From the NCBI RefSeq assembly GCF_009914755.1, contig NC_060925.1: 64,000 nucleotides of DNA; one strand, given 5' to 3'. Below, one piece after another: positions 13,391 through 29,389 of the stretch. The notes under the pieces were generated by a model. The model had not been told where the DNA came from. It was given only the letters and a program-made list of their open reading frames with translations, and did not search any database. The translations under genes were made by a program, and so were the position numbers. Position 1 is the first letter of the stretch. Every line of letters begins with the position of its first letter. This DNA comes from the human T2T-CHM13v2.0 reference genome, Homo sapiens.

Positions 13391-15318
13391 CCTGGCCTGG
13401 CATAGGATACCAGATGTGTCCACAGGCCCAGGGAGGAAGAGCCACTCATAGTCCACCACCTGATGGCCGCTGGGAAGGTGCTCCATCGTTGGCTGCATGT
13501 GGCACCATAGCGCAAGCTCAGGCAGGGCCTTGGTGATGTGTGACCTCCATCCCACTGTGGCCTTGCAGGCGTCATTGTGGTCTCAGCCACCTCAGCTCTG
13601 GGATCGTGGAGCAGATCCATCCCCAGCTTGGTGTAAATGGGGCTGGACACCTATCAACGTTCTTACTTGAAGAACTGGTGTAAATGAAGGCTGGACACCC
13701 TTCACCGTTCTTACTTTGTTGTTCAGCTCCTGTCTCAGATTTTTGGTGGGATCCTGGGACAGGGGACAACTCTCACCCCTTTTCCTTTGTGTTTGGCCCC
13801 ATCCCACTTTGCATTCCCACCTGCTTTGTCCAACACCTTTGCTCAACTGCTGCCTTCTGACCTCATGAACTTTGATTATCTCAGTTGAGACAAGGGTTCA
13901 AATTTCAGAAACGACTGGAGCACCTTTGAGCCCTGCCCATTCCTGGTCACCTGCCCTGTCACCTTGCAAATTCTCTTACTATTGTGGGTCAGCGGGGACC
14001 TGGGTCTGATCACAACTCCCCTATCAAAGTCCATGCGTATCACTGTGGGGCCCCAAGGCGTGTTCACCGTCATGCACTCTGCTCTGTTGCGTCTTCACAG
14101 CATTCATGAGGGATCGACCACGTCTCACCCCTCTGCCCAGAGCATGGTGTGATCAGAGCTTGTGGGCCCTTCCATACATCCCCTGGTGCCCCCCAGGTGA
14201 GGGGTATGGGAGAGAGACCCTGGGGAGCTCACCAGTGGGGCCAGGGAGTGATAGCAGCGTATCTCCCATGTATAGTGCGGCCATGCTAGAGGCTTCACCC
14301 AGGTGCCTGCAGGCACTTCAGGCCAGGAGCCTTGGAAGTAAAGGCCTAGGGGCATTCAGCCAGTCCCAGACGCTACTCAGTCTTTTTGTGCATAGCTTCC
14401 TGTCTCAAACATCAGCCCCTGAGGTTCACACCCCATCATCCCTACACTTGTTTGGCTCCGGGCTTCTGGGGCAAGGGCAGAAGAGATGTGAGGTTTGAAT
14501 TCTAGGGTCTAACACCCCATTCCTGGCCACTGAGGCCTCCCTGTGGTTTCTCTGTGAAGTAGGAAGGTGCCATGGGAATGGGTAGGACGAGGGTGGCCAG
14601 GCAGGGCAGCAGCAGCTTGTCAAGAGCACGTCCTGGTGAGCACTGAGGGGTTGTGGCTTTGGCTGGAAGCCTCTGATACCTGGAGCCTGTCTTCTGCTAA
14701 CAAGCCTGTGTTCAGGGGCCTGTGCTCAGCGTGCTCGTGGAGTCTGGCCTCCCACCTTCTCCCTCCCTGCTGGGGAGAGGAGGGGCAACAGAATTCTACC
14801 AGGGAGACTCCAGAGTCAGTTGGCTTTGCCCCTCACTGCTCCTTGTCACTGTCTTGTCTCTCTGTCCTCTGTCCCACGTAAGCGTCTCTCTGACCCTGTT
14901 TCCCTGTCCTCTTATGGGGGTGAGTTAGAAGCTCAAGGTTTGGACTGGAACACACTGTACATCCTCTGGTCTCACTCACTCCCTGTACCTCCTACTCAGG
15001 TTTAGAGAATGGCCCGAAGGCCTCCTGCGCTCTTTCTCCCTCCACCGTGACTGTTGGGCTGTCCTTGTGGGTGCTGGGGAATAAGTGAGGAGCTTGGGTG
15101 GTCACTGGGGTCAGAAGGTCTAGGTGGTCATTGCACAGCCCAAGTGGGGGGCTCTGTTGAACTAGGCTCTGGATGGTCAGTGAGGATGACTGGGGGTCAG
15201 AAAGCGTCAGGGGTGGGCATTAGGGACAGCAGTAAATACCAGCTAACTGGCTCTGCCCTTCTCTCCATTACAGGTTGATTGTCCTGGGCTGTGGCTGGCT
15301 GTGGAGCTAGAGCCCTGG

Positions 15319-15409
15319 ATGGCCCCTGAGCCAGCCCCAGGGAGGACGATGGTGCCCCTTGTGCCTGCACTGGTGATGCTTGGTTTGGTGGCAGGCGCCC
15401 ATGGTGACA
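15319..15409 (+). CDS. PTPRF: PTPRF exon 3 coding part (exon starts 15274): start codon and signal peptide
   Basis: Acceptor ttacag|GTTG at 15274; ATG 15319; MAPEPAPGRTMVPLVPALVMLGLVAGAHGD; donor A|GTAAGT at 15410; 91 nt, phase 1. Confidence 0.97.
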
Positions 15410-18400
15410 GTAAGTCTGACCCCTCAAGGTACAGATCTCCCAGGTTGAAAGGTGGCATCCTTCCCAGCAGGACTCTGGGATGGGGACAGACCGGCTACTA
15501 GGAGAGACAGGGTGGCCAGAAACCCTTTAGACCTTCTGTCCTAGAGAGCCCCCACTGCTTGGAGAGCCTCCTTCTAAGGAATACCTGGGTACTTAGGAGC
15601 ATCTTTAGGCACCAGAGCGGGGCAGTCGAATCGTGACCCTGTCTTATGGGGCTGGGGTGAGACCTGTCCTGGATTCATGTGGTCATTGTGTGATGTGCGC
15701 GTGTGTGTGCTGTGTGCACTGTTGCAGATCTGTGCTGAAGGCACAGTGTGAGCTACAGCCAGGGGTCGGCATGGGAATGGGGGGTGGCACGCAGGGCATG
15801 CGTATGGATGTGTGCCCAGGACGCGGGTGTGTCCATAGGCCCAAGGAGGGTCAAAAGCGGGAGCCACCCATAGCTCTTCCCCTACGCTGGACCCTCAGGA
15901 TCCAAGTATGCAGATCTGAGCCCCTCCTTCTCCTTTCATGGGGACCTTCTAGGCAAAGGAGCATCCCCCCACCCCAGCTCCTCAGACCTGGAAATGGGGG
16001 GAAGATTGTGTTTGGCCGGCAGGAAGCTGAGCAACGCCCCTCTGTGTGTGTTTGTGTTGGAGGGAGGTGGAATTGTCCCCATCCAGATCCAACTCCGAAC
16101 TTTGGTCCCTTTCCTGCTGCCCTTCCCCCTGCCTGGCACTATGAGACTGGCCTCAGCCCGCCCCATCGCCATGGTTACCACTCCTTGGTTACTGGTGGGA
16201 GGCGGGGCACAGGGCAGATTTAGCCAATCTGCAGGCTGAGGGGGAGGGGCGAGGTCGGAGCCAAGGTCCCTGGGGGAAGGGGCCGTTCCCAGCCTGTCCA
16301 GAGCCCAGGGGTGATCCAGGGCCAACCCTGGGGTCAGCCCACGGGTCACCAGGCCATAGGGCTCCCCCACCTGCCTCCGTATCTCTGGGTACAGATCTCT
16401 CCCCTTGCCCCACCAGGGCTCTTTCTCCTAATGGCTCATTAATTATTCAGGAACTGATTCTGGAGTGGGGTGGGACTGGTGTGGTCCCGCCCTTTGTCCT
16501 CAAGTGCTGGGTCCTGGGTGGAGCTAGAAGGGAAAGGAGAAGGGGCAGGCATTCCCAAGGGGTGGGGCAAAGGGTCATGGGAGCACCAGGTACCAAAGAG
16601 AGGGCTGGGCAGGTGAGAGCAAGGAAAAAAGACAGGTGGGGAATCACATGGGGAAGTGGGGCAGGGGATCTCCAGGCCTGGCTGGAACCTGCAGGGGCAG
16701 GTTGGAGTAGAAAGCCTTATCAGGTGTGACCCACATGGTTGGCAGGAAGGTGAAGGCTTGTCCACGTGTGGTCAGTAGCTCTTGGACATTGAAGTACTGT
16801 CCTTGCCCTCCCCGCCGACCCAACCCCAGGCACTTTCAGGGCCTTCAGACAGGAGCTCTAGGGCAGGGGAAGGATGGCCCAGTTGGGCTTCAACAGATAA
16901 CACATCCTGGGAGAAGAGCTGCCCTCCTCCTCCTGCCTCAGACCCAACGCGCCCCAACCTGTACCCCTCACTCTCATCCCCCAGCCTGCTGTCTTCCCGT
17001 GTTCTCTCCCGTGAAAGGCATTACCACCCACCCGGTCACCCAAGTCAGAACCTGGGCCTCCTCCAGCCTCCTCCCTCCGTGATATCCCACATCTAATCCA
17101 TCACCAAGCTCCGTTGCTTCTACCTTCTGAATATCTTTGGAATGCATCCACTTCTCTCTCTACCGCCTTCATCCAAGCCACCCTCGGCTCTTGGGCTTTT
17201 GCACGCAACAGCCTCCTGACGGTTTCCCTGCCTCCAGTCTTTTCCTTCCTAATCCATTCTGCATTCCAAAGGTAGAGTCGTGTCACAAGGTGAAAACATC
17301 ATCCTGTCACTCTTCAGTTTAGAATCCTTCATTCCCTCCCACCCCCAGGCCCCCAGGGTCGTAACCCTTCTATAGGCCCTGCATTATCAAGCTTCTATCA
17401 ACCTCATCCCTCGCTGTCCCTCCACCCACCCCACTCACCCACCACGCTGACTTCTTTCAGTGGTTCACCAATTCCCAGTAGTAATTGGTAGGGGCAAGGG
17501 GGAACAGTTTTTAAAGCAGAGAACCTCCATGCTGGTTCCTTAGGAACCAAAGCCCAAACACCAGGTCTTGACGGTAGAAAGCAGCTGAAGAAGCTGAAAT
17601 CCTGCCTTCTTCAGGTAGGGGGTTCAGGGGACTCAGGCCTTCTCCCAGGCAGAGAGCCATGGGGCAGGAGCCTGGGCTGGGGGTCAGAGTGACCGAGCCG
17701 CAGGAGCCAGGGTCTGTCTTCCAGGCCTGTCTTACACTGCACACAGTTTTGGATCTCTCCCTGCACTGAGGCAGGGCTCAGGCTGAGCTTGGGCAACTAC
17801 TAGCCAGGGGCAAGTGGCCATACACAGACAGGGCCACTGCAGAAGATAGGGTAGGCACCCCAGAGAATTGACAGCTGGGGCAGTGAAGCGCGGAGTGGAC
17901 AAATGTGTTTCAATAGGCCTCTTAACGAGACAAATGAATGGGGGCCCTGGCCTCTGAGGGGAGTGGAGGGAAGCGGGTGGAGAAGCAGCTGCCAAGAGTT
18001 AGCCCAGAGGCCCCAGTGTCAGTGCCGCACGCGCAGCTCCAGTGGAGATTTGGGCACACATTGGGGTAGGATCTGCTGCAGCGCAGCTTCCCCAGCCAGG
18101 CTTTGTGGCTTCTCAGGAGGGGAGGTTGTGGGGCCAGAGGTGTCCTGAGCCAGGGCAGAGGTTTTTGCTGATCTCAAGTGCGTGTCGCGTGCCTGTCTTC
18201 AGGCAAGACCTGCAGTGTGGAGGCACAGGCTTGTGAGCAGTGACCACAGGGTGTGCTGGGTAGGTGGCACTGACACAGGCCATGGCAGAAGCATCTTGGG
18301 AGAGGAGTTGGGAGGCTTCCTGGAAGAGGGGAGCCCTGAAGGGTGAGTGGACATTTGCTAATGGGGGGGTATTGCATAATGAGGTGGGGTTGGGGGGAAG

Positions 18401-19718
18401 AAGCACGAATGTGGCTGGGCTTCTCTGTGGAATTCATGGGAGAGCCACAGTGAGAACCCGACAGCATGGGACAGAGGTGGGGTCCGAAGACCAGGTGGGA
18501 GTGAGACCCTGGTTATGGCCCATTTACCCAGAATCCTAGGAGCTCAGAGCAGGATGCGTGCTGGCTGGAGGGGTGGGTGGCGGGTGGGTTGACAGAGGTG
18601 GGCAGAGGCTGAGGAGCTGGGAGTGTGTCTGTTGTGTCATTTCCCTCCTCCCCAGAGCCTGTGGAGCACACAGGGTCTGTTGTCTGTCGTCATGCTCTCC
18701 CCCTCGTTCTATGGGTGGCCTGTCTAGACTCTGCTCCCTGTGGGACTTCCCGCAGATTCCGTTGCTTTCTCTCTCTGGGCCTGTTTTCCTATTGCACAAT
18801 GGGGATAATCACTCCTACCTGGAAAGGTTAACTGAGGTCACATGGATGAGGTGCCTGGAACCTAGTATGTATTCCCCTTATCTGAGGCCATGACCTGGGG
18901 CTCTTGCTCTGTCCCTGGGAACCAGGCTTGTCTCTGAGTGGGCTCCAGGGGGGTACCAGGAACAGTCACAGGAGCTCACTGAGTCCCAGCTTAAGCTGCT
19001 CAGACCCAGGGATATCTGTCTCTCCAGAAGCTCCCTGCCCTGCCTTCGCCGGCCCTCATGGCCCTGCCTCCGTGTGTACATGTGTATGTGTATTCCATGG
19101 GAAAGGCACAAAATAGCAGTCAGTCTCTCCATAGAAGAGCCTTGATGGTGGCCCAGTTTGACTCTCCCTGGGGCTGGACCCCTACAGCCTCCCTGGGAGG
19201 TGGTTGCAGCCCCCTTCCTCCAGCCAGTTCCACTTACTCCTTTCTTAGGCCACTTCCTCCCACCCTGCATGGGCTTGGTGGCTCGAGAATGTTGCCGTCC
19301 ATACCCCGGGAGCTGTGCTGAAAGGGCTGTGCGGCCCCCGACCACTGTGTGTGTCAGGGAGGGGGCACGCTCTCGTGGGGTGTCAGGCCAGGTGGCAGTG
19401 GGTAACTGGCAGAAAGGCCCTCCTGGTGTGCTCTGGTGGCACCCTGTTGACCCAGTCTCAGAAGTTGTGTTCCGACCCTCACTGAACACCAGCTGTGGGT
19501 CAGGCACGGGGCAGAGTAGTTCAAGTAGCTTGGTTTGCTGCCTGCCTGGGGACCTGACACTGTGGGATCTGGTCAGTGCTGGGATGGGAAGCTCTGGGCA
19601 CCTCAGGCCATGGGACACAGAGCAGGCTCCTACAGCAGCTTGGCTGGGTGGGACATGAGAGAGGGGCTGGGCTGGGCACACTCAAAGGCAGGGAGGAGTC
19701 TGAGGGCCTGGCCTGTCA

Positions 19719-20159
<441 letters not shown>

Positions 20160-23100
20160 TCAGAGGGGAACGGAGAGAGGAACATCAGGCCCGTTGGTAG
20201 CTGAGGAGAGGTGCGGTTAGATCTGTGCTCCCCAAAGATCCTCTGCTGAACATAAGGGGCAACGCCTTGTCTCCTGTGCTGTGTCCTGCGGGTGGAGGTG
20301 GATTGGAGGGAAGCGGAGGGCGAGGCCTGGTTGAGGGGCGGGGCCTGCCTGTCTGGTCCCCCGGGCTGCCTTGGGCCAGCTTGGCCTAGTCTGTTGGGTG
20401 GGCGGGCAGGGTGCAGGCTCCTCTCCAGCCTCCAAGGGAGGGGAGTTGTTCTGCCTCCTCGATAGCCCCAGGCCTTGGGCACAGCCCAGCCTCCCACGGC
20501 TCTTGGGCCCTCCTCCTTCCAGGCCGCCGGTGACCCACACCTGGCTCTCCTCCCCGGCGTCTCCTCTCCGCTTCTTTGTTTGGAGCAGAGGCCCCGCCCC
20601 ACCCCGCCCCCAGGCGCACTCGCCCGGCCATTCCGGTTCAGCCGGTTCCAGCCCCCAGTTTCTGCCGCTGCAGGTCCCGGCAGGAGCTGGAGGGGCACTT
20701 TCTCCCTGGGTTTCTCTTCCCTGGTGCAGCAGGGGCCGCGGTCCTCATCCTCCTGGTTCCTCAGTTCGGTCCTTCTTTCATTCTCCACCCCTGGGTGCCA
20801 GGAACTGGGTCAGACACTGGGACAGGAATCCAGACAGGCATGCTATCTGCCCTGCCCAGGGTTATGTTCTAGGAGGGGAAGCAGCCATTAATCAAACACC
20901 AAAAATGTGGAAAAGTAATAATCTCACACGTGTGCATAATAAACTGTGAGTGAAAGTTATAAGCTCGGCAGGTAGGTAATAAGCTAGGAGCAGTGCTGTG
21001 GGAGGCAAGGGAGTTACCCGGGAGTTTCAAACTAGGAACTGAGCTCATAGGTTGGGGGCAGGGGGACTGGAGAAGGCAGTGATACTTAAATGGAGAGCAG
21101 AAGGATGAATGGAAGTTAGAGTGTATGGCGGAGGTTGGCAGAAGCAGCAGCTTATGCAAAGGCCCTGTGGCTGCAGGGAACATGACGTTGCTCTTTAGAG
21201 GAGCCAAAGCTGGGGCTCTGGGGAGAGCAGCTGGGTCAGACCCCGCGGCTTTGTCTGCCATAACAGGTGTTTTGAGAGTGATTCGGCAGGTCTTTGGAGG
21301 GTTTTGATAGGGCGGGGTGTCGGGGGAGGCTGTCAGCTCACTCTGGACACTGAGTAGAGAACAGACGGGAGGCGTGGGGCAGGCCTGGAGGCAGGGGCTT
21401 CCGCGTGTTAGGCCAGTGGAGTGCCAGTCAAGGGAAGGTGGTATCTGGACTAGGGTGTGGCAGCGCAGGTGGAGAACCCTGAGCTGCTTTGTGGAGGGCT
21501 TCAAGTGTGGGGGAAGAGTGCACGGTATGGGGGTGGGGGACAGGAGACACCCCCAGTGGAGCCTGAGCAGGAGAGTCGTGTCTGAGAGGGTCTGTCTGGA
21601 AGGCGCAACAGAGGCCAACTTTGCAGACAGCTGCAGTCGGGAGAGCCTGGAGCCTCCTTCAAAGGGCATTCAGGGGAAGGGCAAGGCACGCTGGGGGGTT
21701 CTGGACCTTCTGTGGTGTCTTCTTGTCTTTCTGGTCCCTACAGCCTCCCTGAGCTGGCTGCCCGAGCCTGCCCTAGGCACTCTAAGAACATAGTCAGTCC
21801 CAAGGTCTCCCTCCAGGGAAGGCCGTAGGTGAGCTTAGGAGTGAGAAGGCTGGATCAAAGCCTGGCTCCATGCCTGCATCCCTCTGACTTGCCAGTCATT
21901 TCACCCTCCGAGCCTCTATTTCCCCACCTCTTAAATGGGGATAATAATACTACCTACCTTATGGGATTGCGGTAAGACTGATAATGCTGGTACGAGTGAC
22001 AGCTTCCCTCATGGAAGGCCCACCACGTAAAGCAGTTTACAGCCATCTCATTCCATCTATGACAGAATCCTGTGTCACTGTTTTGGAGATGGGAAAAAAG
22101 AGGCTCAGAGATGGTGAGTGACTTGCATAATAATTACATAAAACCCCCAGAGCCCCTGGCCCCTGGAGTTCTCAAAAGTTCCTTCTCTGTTGGTACCTGC
22201 AGCTGCCACTCCCTACCCCGCTCCCATAGACCCTCTCCTCCTTGGAGACTCTGCCCCATCTGCCGTCCCTTCTCTGCTGGATCAACACCTTTTCCCTCTC
22301 TGCTGGCTCCCATCAGTATTTAAACATTGCCTTTCATATCTGTCTTCAAGAAAAAAAGAAAAAAAAAATTCACAAACCTCCCTTCCCGCCTCATCCTTTC
22401 CAGCTGCTGGCTGTATAGTCACCTGTACTTCCCTCTCTCCCTCATCGCCTCCCAGTCATTCTTTGGCCTTCTTTGGTCTGGCTTTGGCCCCCACCCACCA
22501 CTCCACTGACTCTGTTCTTGTCAAGGTCCCTGACAATCTTGTGTGAACTGTTTTGTACCAGGTGTTTGACAGTCAAACATGCCTGAATTCAGGTCCCAGA
22601 TGTGCCCCTCACTGGCATGTGATCTTGGACAAGTGACTTGACCCCTCTGAGCCTGTAAACTGAGGATAATAGCAATGAAGGACTAAAGATAAAGAACCTG
22701 GTGCAGAGTGGGTGCTTGGCAAAGGATTGTCATCATCGCACACGTTTCTGTGCCAGGGACCAGGCTGGGCCTGGGCTCCTGGGGACCAAACAGGTGGTCT
22801 GAAAGGTCATTTCTCACAGCACTAGCCCTTTTTGGAGCTGTTCATTGGTCTGATTAATAGGAAATGGATCAGCTGTCAAGATTAACGAGCTATTGCTACA
22901 AGATTGTAGCAAATGGGTTGGGCTTCTCTGGGTTCATGACCCTAGGTGGTTGAATTCTTAGGGATAGGGGCTGTGGACTGGCCCTGGTATGTGTACTGAG
23001 GTGATGAGGGTGTGGCAGTGCCATGTCTGAGCCCCTACCTTTCTTCTCCTCCCTCTGCCTCCCTGTGGACACCTTGAGGAGACTGTCAGAAGGCAATAAC

Positions 23101-23399
23101 TAAGTCGGGGGGGAGGGATGGGAGAGGCAGATTTACAGGAAAGCATTCACCTGGGAAGATATCCAGAGAGACTTAGGAACTGGACTGTCTAGGCCTTTGG
23201 GACTGCTGCTGGTATGTGGGGGCTGGGAGAGAGGGAGGAGTCTCGGTTCCTGGCCGGAGCCCCGGGGTGGATGGTGGTGCCATCACTGAGATGGAGAGCA
23301 GGGGGAGGGACAACTCTCAGGGAGAGCTGGAGCTCTTCCCAGCAGCTCTCCAGCACGCCTTTTTCCTGGAGCTTGGAATTGATGTGGGGCGGGCAACAG

Positions 23400-23610
23400 A
23401 AGGGTGCAGTGGTAGTGTGAACTCCAGACTTGGAACACCTGGGTTCAGATCTTAGCTCTACCACTTACCAGCTGTGTCATATGGGACAAATCCCTTAACC
23501 TCTCTGGGCCTCTAGAAACAGATACAGTTATAGCACTCACCTCATATGCTTAACAGAGTTAAAAAATGTTAAACTCTCTGAACAGTGCCTGGCACATACT
23601 AAGCGCTACA
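23400..23610 (+). mobile_element. MIR SINE
   Basis: ctgggttcagatcttagctctaccacttaccagctgtg...ccttaacctctctgggcctc...acagtgcctggcacata. Confidence 0.8.
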
Positions 23611-23734
23611 TAAAGGTGAGGTGTCCTTGTTTTCTTTGTAGGTCTTTCTCTCTGCCCCCATGACTGCCACCTTCCTCACTGGCCATTCCTATAGTGACTG
23701 TGCTGTGGTGACTTGGTGTCTCCATCTCTTCCAG

Positions 23735-23880
23735 GCAAACCTGTCTTCATTAAAGTCCCTGAGGACCAGACTGGGCTGTCAGGAGGGGTAGCCTCCTTCG
23801 TGTGCCAAGCTACAGGAGAACCCAAGCCGCGCATCACATGGATGAAGAAGGGGAAGAAAGTCAGCTCCCAGCGCTTCGAG
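23735..23880 (+). CDS. PTPRF: PTPRF exon 4: Ig1 N-half including the KKGKK glycosaminoglycan-binding loop
   Basis: ccag|GC...GAG|gtgcgt; [48 protein letters not shown]; 146 nt. Confidence 0.98.
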
Positions 23881-24042
23881 GTGCGTCTGTGGTGGGAAGG
23901 GGTCGGCAGGGCTCAGGGTCTGCCCACACTCTCTCCTTTCAGTGTCCCTCCTCATGGACCTTTTGGAGGTGGGAGGACAACTGACCCTGAGCAGGCTCCT
24001 GTGTCCTGAGTAGGCTGTGACCCCATGTCTGTCCTCTGACAG

Positions 24043-24184
24043 GTCATTGAGTTTGATGATGGGGCAGGGTCAGTGCTTCGGATCCAGCCATTGCGGGTGC
24101 AGCGAGATGAAGCCATCTATGAGTGTACAGCTACTAACAGCCTGGGTGAGATCAACACTAGTGCCAAGCTCTCAGTGCTCGAAG
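24043..24184 (+). CDS. PTPRF: PTPRF exon 5: Ig1 C-half
   Basis: acag|GTC...GAAG|gtacgt; [47 protein letters not shown]; 142 nt. Not reported in this frame by the ORF track. Confidence 0.97.
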
Positions 24185-25074
24185 GTACGTGCTAGGGAGA
24201 CGTGGCACGGTGGGCTGCCGGGCTGAGGCGTGGGAAGAGCCAGCCAGCCCTGATCCTGTCCTGGGCCCATGTGCATTTGGCAGAAAGGAGGACTGGCCAC
24301 CTCGGGGTCAGTGAAAGTCAGTGGTGGACAGGGATAGTCATTGGATCTGGCCTGGATTGTGCGGCTTATGCTGAGGCCAGCCATGTGGGGCATGATGCCT
24401 TTGTATTCTCCTGCTGAGCCGGGTCGTTGGTTGGGTGGGGTCTGGGGTCTGACTTGAGGTGTGGAGCTGCAGCTGTGTATCCCTTGGGTTACGTGGTTAT
24501 GGCTGTGGCTGTTTGGCAGTGAACCGGATTTCCATGTGGAGCCTGGCCGTAGGTGTCAGGCAGGTGTGTTCCTTGTTGCCCCTGTGAGCTGAGGGCTGGG
24601 GCTCTGTCCGTGGATTTTAGTGTCTTCTCTCACTTGGTGGCTTCTCCATTCATTCACAAACACTCCCTGGACCACCTTGAAGTCCTCTGAGCACCGAGGA
24701 GGAGGAAGCTGTGTCTAAGCCAAGTCTTGAGGACAGGTGGGAGTTGGGGGTGGCAGTTGGCAGCTAGGCAGGTGCCCAGGCCCAGAAGCAAGAGAGGATG
24801 GAGCTTTCAGAGAGCTCTGAGTAGTTCAATTTGGGTTTTCTGGAGGGCAGAGGGGGAGCTAGAGAGCACAGGAAGAAGGAGAAAGCAATTCAGCATGAGT
24901 CTGGAGAGGTTTGGAGGGCAGATTACACAGGATCTGGCTGAGAAATGAACACTCTCCTAGGGACATAGGAAGCCACAAACAAGGCGGGGGTGACATGATC
25001 AGACCCCAGCCACAACTGATTCATCAGTCTGAATGTGTTTATGTTTTCAAAATATAGCATCGATTGTTGCTTGC

Positions 25075-25395
<321 letters not shown>

Positions 25396-25602
25396 GATTG
25401 TTGCTTTCTTTTTAAGAATGTGATGTCGATACCTGTTCCTTTTTGAAAAATTGGAAAGTATAGAATAGCACAGAGGAAAAAATTAAAATGTCTCAGTTTA
25501 CCTCTAGTAATAACATTTGGTTACTTACTCGTGGCCCATTTTCTGTGCATACATATATATGTGTGTGTGTGAACAGAAATGGGACCACATACTGTCCGAT
25601 GA

Positions 25603-25986
<384 letters not shown>

Positions 25987-25997
25987 TGTATCATTAT

Positions 25998-26859
<862 letters not shown>

Positions 26860-27581
26860 TAGAGGACAGTGGTTAAGACTCTGGACCACTCACTTCTCGT
26901 GTGTCTTTGGGTTAGTAACTATGCCTCTGACCCTCATTTGCTCCATCTGTAAATGGATATAATGCCTACCACCCAAGCTGGTTTGGAAGATTGAATGCTG
27001 TGTATGAAGCGCTTCCCAGGAGTGTGGTGGTGGTTGCTGTGGGGCTGGAAGCTGTACATCTTGAGGCCTCACCACGTGAGCTGAAGGTGGTTGGCCTCCG
27101 TGCTGCGTGGCATCATCCGGGTGATGCAGCTCCACTGCCTGCTCCCACGGGGGGACATACCTGTGCAATAGGAACTCAGAGAACAGGCCCTGGGCCAGCA
27201 TCACTGATTGCTGAGTGTTCTCAGGCTCCTCCCTGCCACTTCTGACCTGTTTCCCCACTCGTGACCTGGGGGCAAGTATTTCAATGCTGCCCAGTCCTCC
27301 TATTGGCAGCTGTCCTAGCAGGGAGCCATCTGCCCTGCCCTGGCATTTGGGAGGTGGCTGAAGGACCAGAGGCCCCAGAGGGCTTCTTTTCAGGCTCTCA
27401 GATTGGGGAACAGGGCCTCCTTGTTAGTATTGAAAGAGGAGTCCTTCAAAAGCGCCTAAGCCCCAGGTCCTGGGTCAGGAGCCCTCTTACCTCTGCCACT
27501 GCCCTGGGCAGCCTTACCTTTCAAAGGGTTGAGGAGGATGGAGGTGGTCTTTCAGGCCTGGGGTGAGGAGGACGGACTTCA

Positions 27582-28220
<639 letters not shown>

Positions 28221-29389
28221 TCACCCCACCCCTCCCCTCCCTCCTAGGAGGATCAAGAAAGCTGGGTGCCTGCAGGAACTGGGTGAAAGGATGGTTGGAC
28301 TTGGACTGGAGCTCTGGGGTGGGGCCGGCAGGAGCCAGGGCCATTCTTGGGAGGCCACCACAGGGTACGAGGAGGGCTGGGGAGGGGATGGAGCTAGTTG
28401 GGGTCGGGGAAGTAAGAGTCCTTCCTGAGTTGCACACAGCTCTCCCTGTGAGCTGGTCTCCTTGGAGAATGGCTGAGGGCTGTCTGGGGTGAACTGGCTC
28501 AGGTGAAGATCAGTGTGCCCCCAAAAAGGAGTCCAGGCCTGCAGTCTGTTCTGTGCCCTCTGCCTTTGCCTCATGTCACACCAGGCCCAACTGCTGTGGC
28601 TCCAGGGCCACTCCCACCACAGCCCGTGGGAGTGCCCCCCCAAATCCCCCACAGCCGTGCCCTTTGCACCTCGCATCTGAGCAGGATTGTTATTCCCAGT
28701 GTGGCCTCCCCTTGACACCCCCGCCAGGACTGCATACGAGGTGGGGGTGCCCAGCACAAGCTGGCCGGGGTGAGCCTGTCCTGGCTGTGATGAGCGTGGG
28801 GCCCGCCGCCCAGCGTTCCTGTCTGAGTGGTAATTGAAGCCATTAGCGCGCCAGCCTCTCCCTCGCCGGGTAATGGCAGGAAAAGCTCTTCTCGCTCCGC
28901 ACTCTTGAGGCGGCGGCTGAATCACTCCCCCTCCAACCCGCCCGCTGCCGCCACTGAGACAGGGAATCTGACATTTTCCCTCACCAGGGAGGGGGAGCCC
29001 TGGGGGAGGGGAGGGAGGCAGGCCTGGATTCCTGGCCTTTCCCTCCAGGAGGTTGGGGGGCAGTGAAGGTCTTGGAGCTCAGTCTGTAAGTCATGGATTC
29101 ACCTGGGGCCGCAGATTTCAGGCCTGGAAGGACTGGCCGGGAAAGCCCAGGAGGCCGCCAGACATTCAGTGGTGTGGGGAGGGCACTGATGACTTTGGGT
29201 AGGTTCTGGGAGGGACAAGGAGGCGGGGAGAAGAAAGAAGCTGTGGAGCAGAGATGAGCTGTTTTGGACTTCTCCTGGGGGGCTTAGCTCCAAGGGTTCT
29301 GAGTACAGGTAGCATTACTTGTCTTGGGGTCATTGATAGGGCAGATAACGTGCACTGTTCGTGTGGTGTGGGTGCCCTGTGTGCCATGT

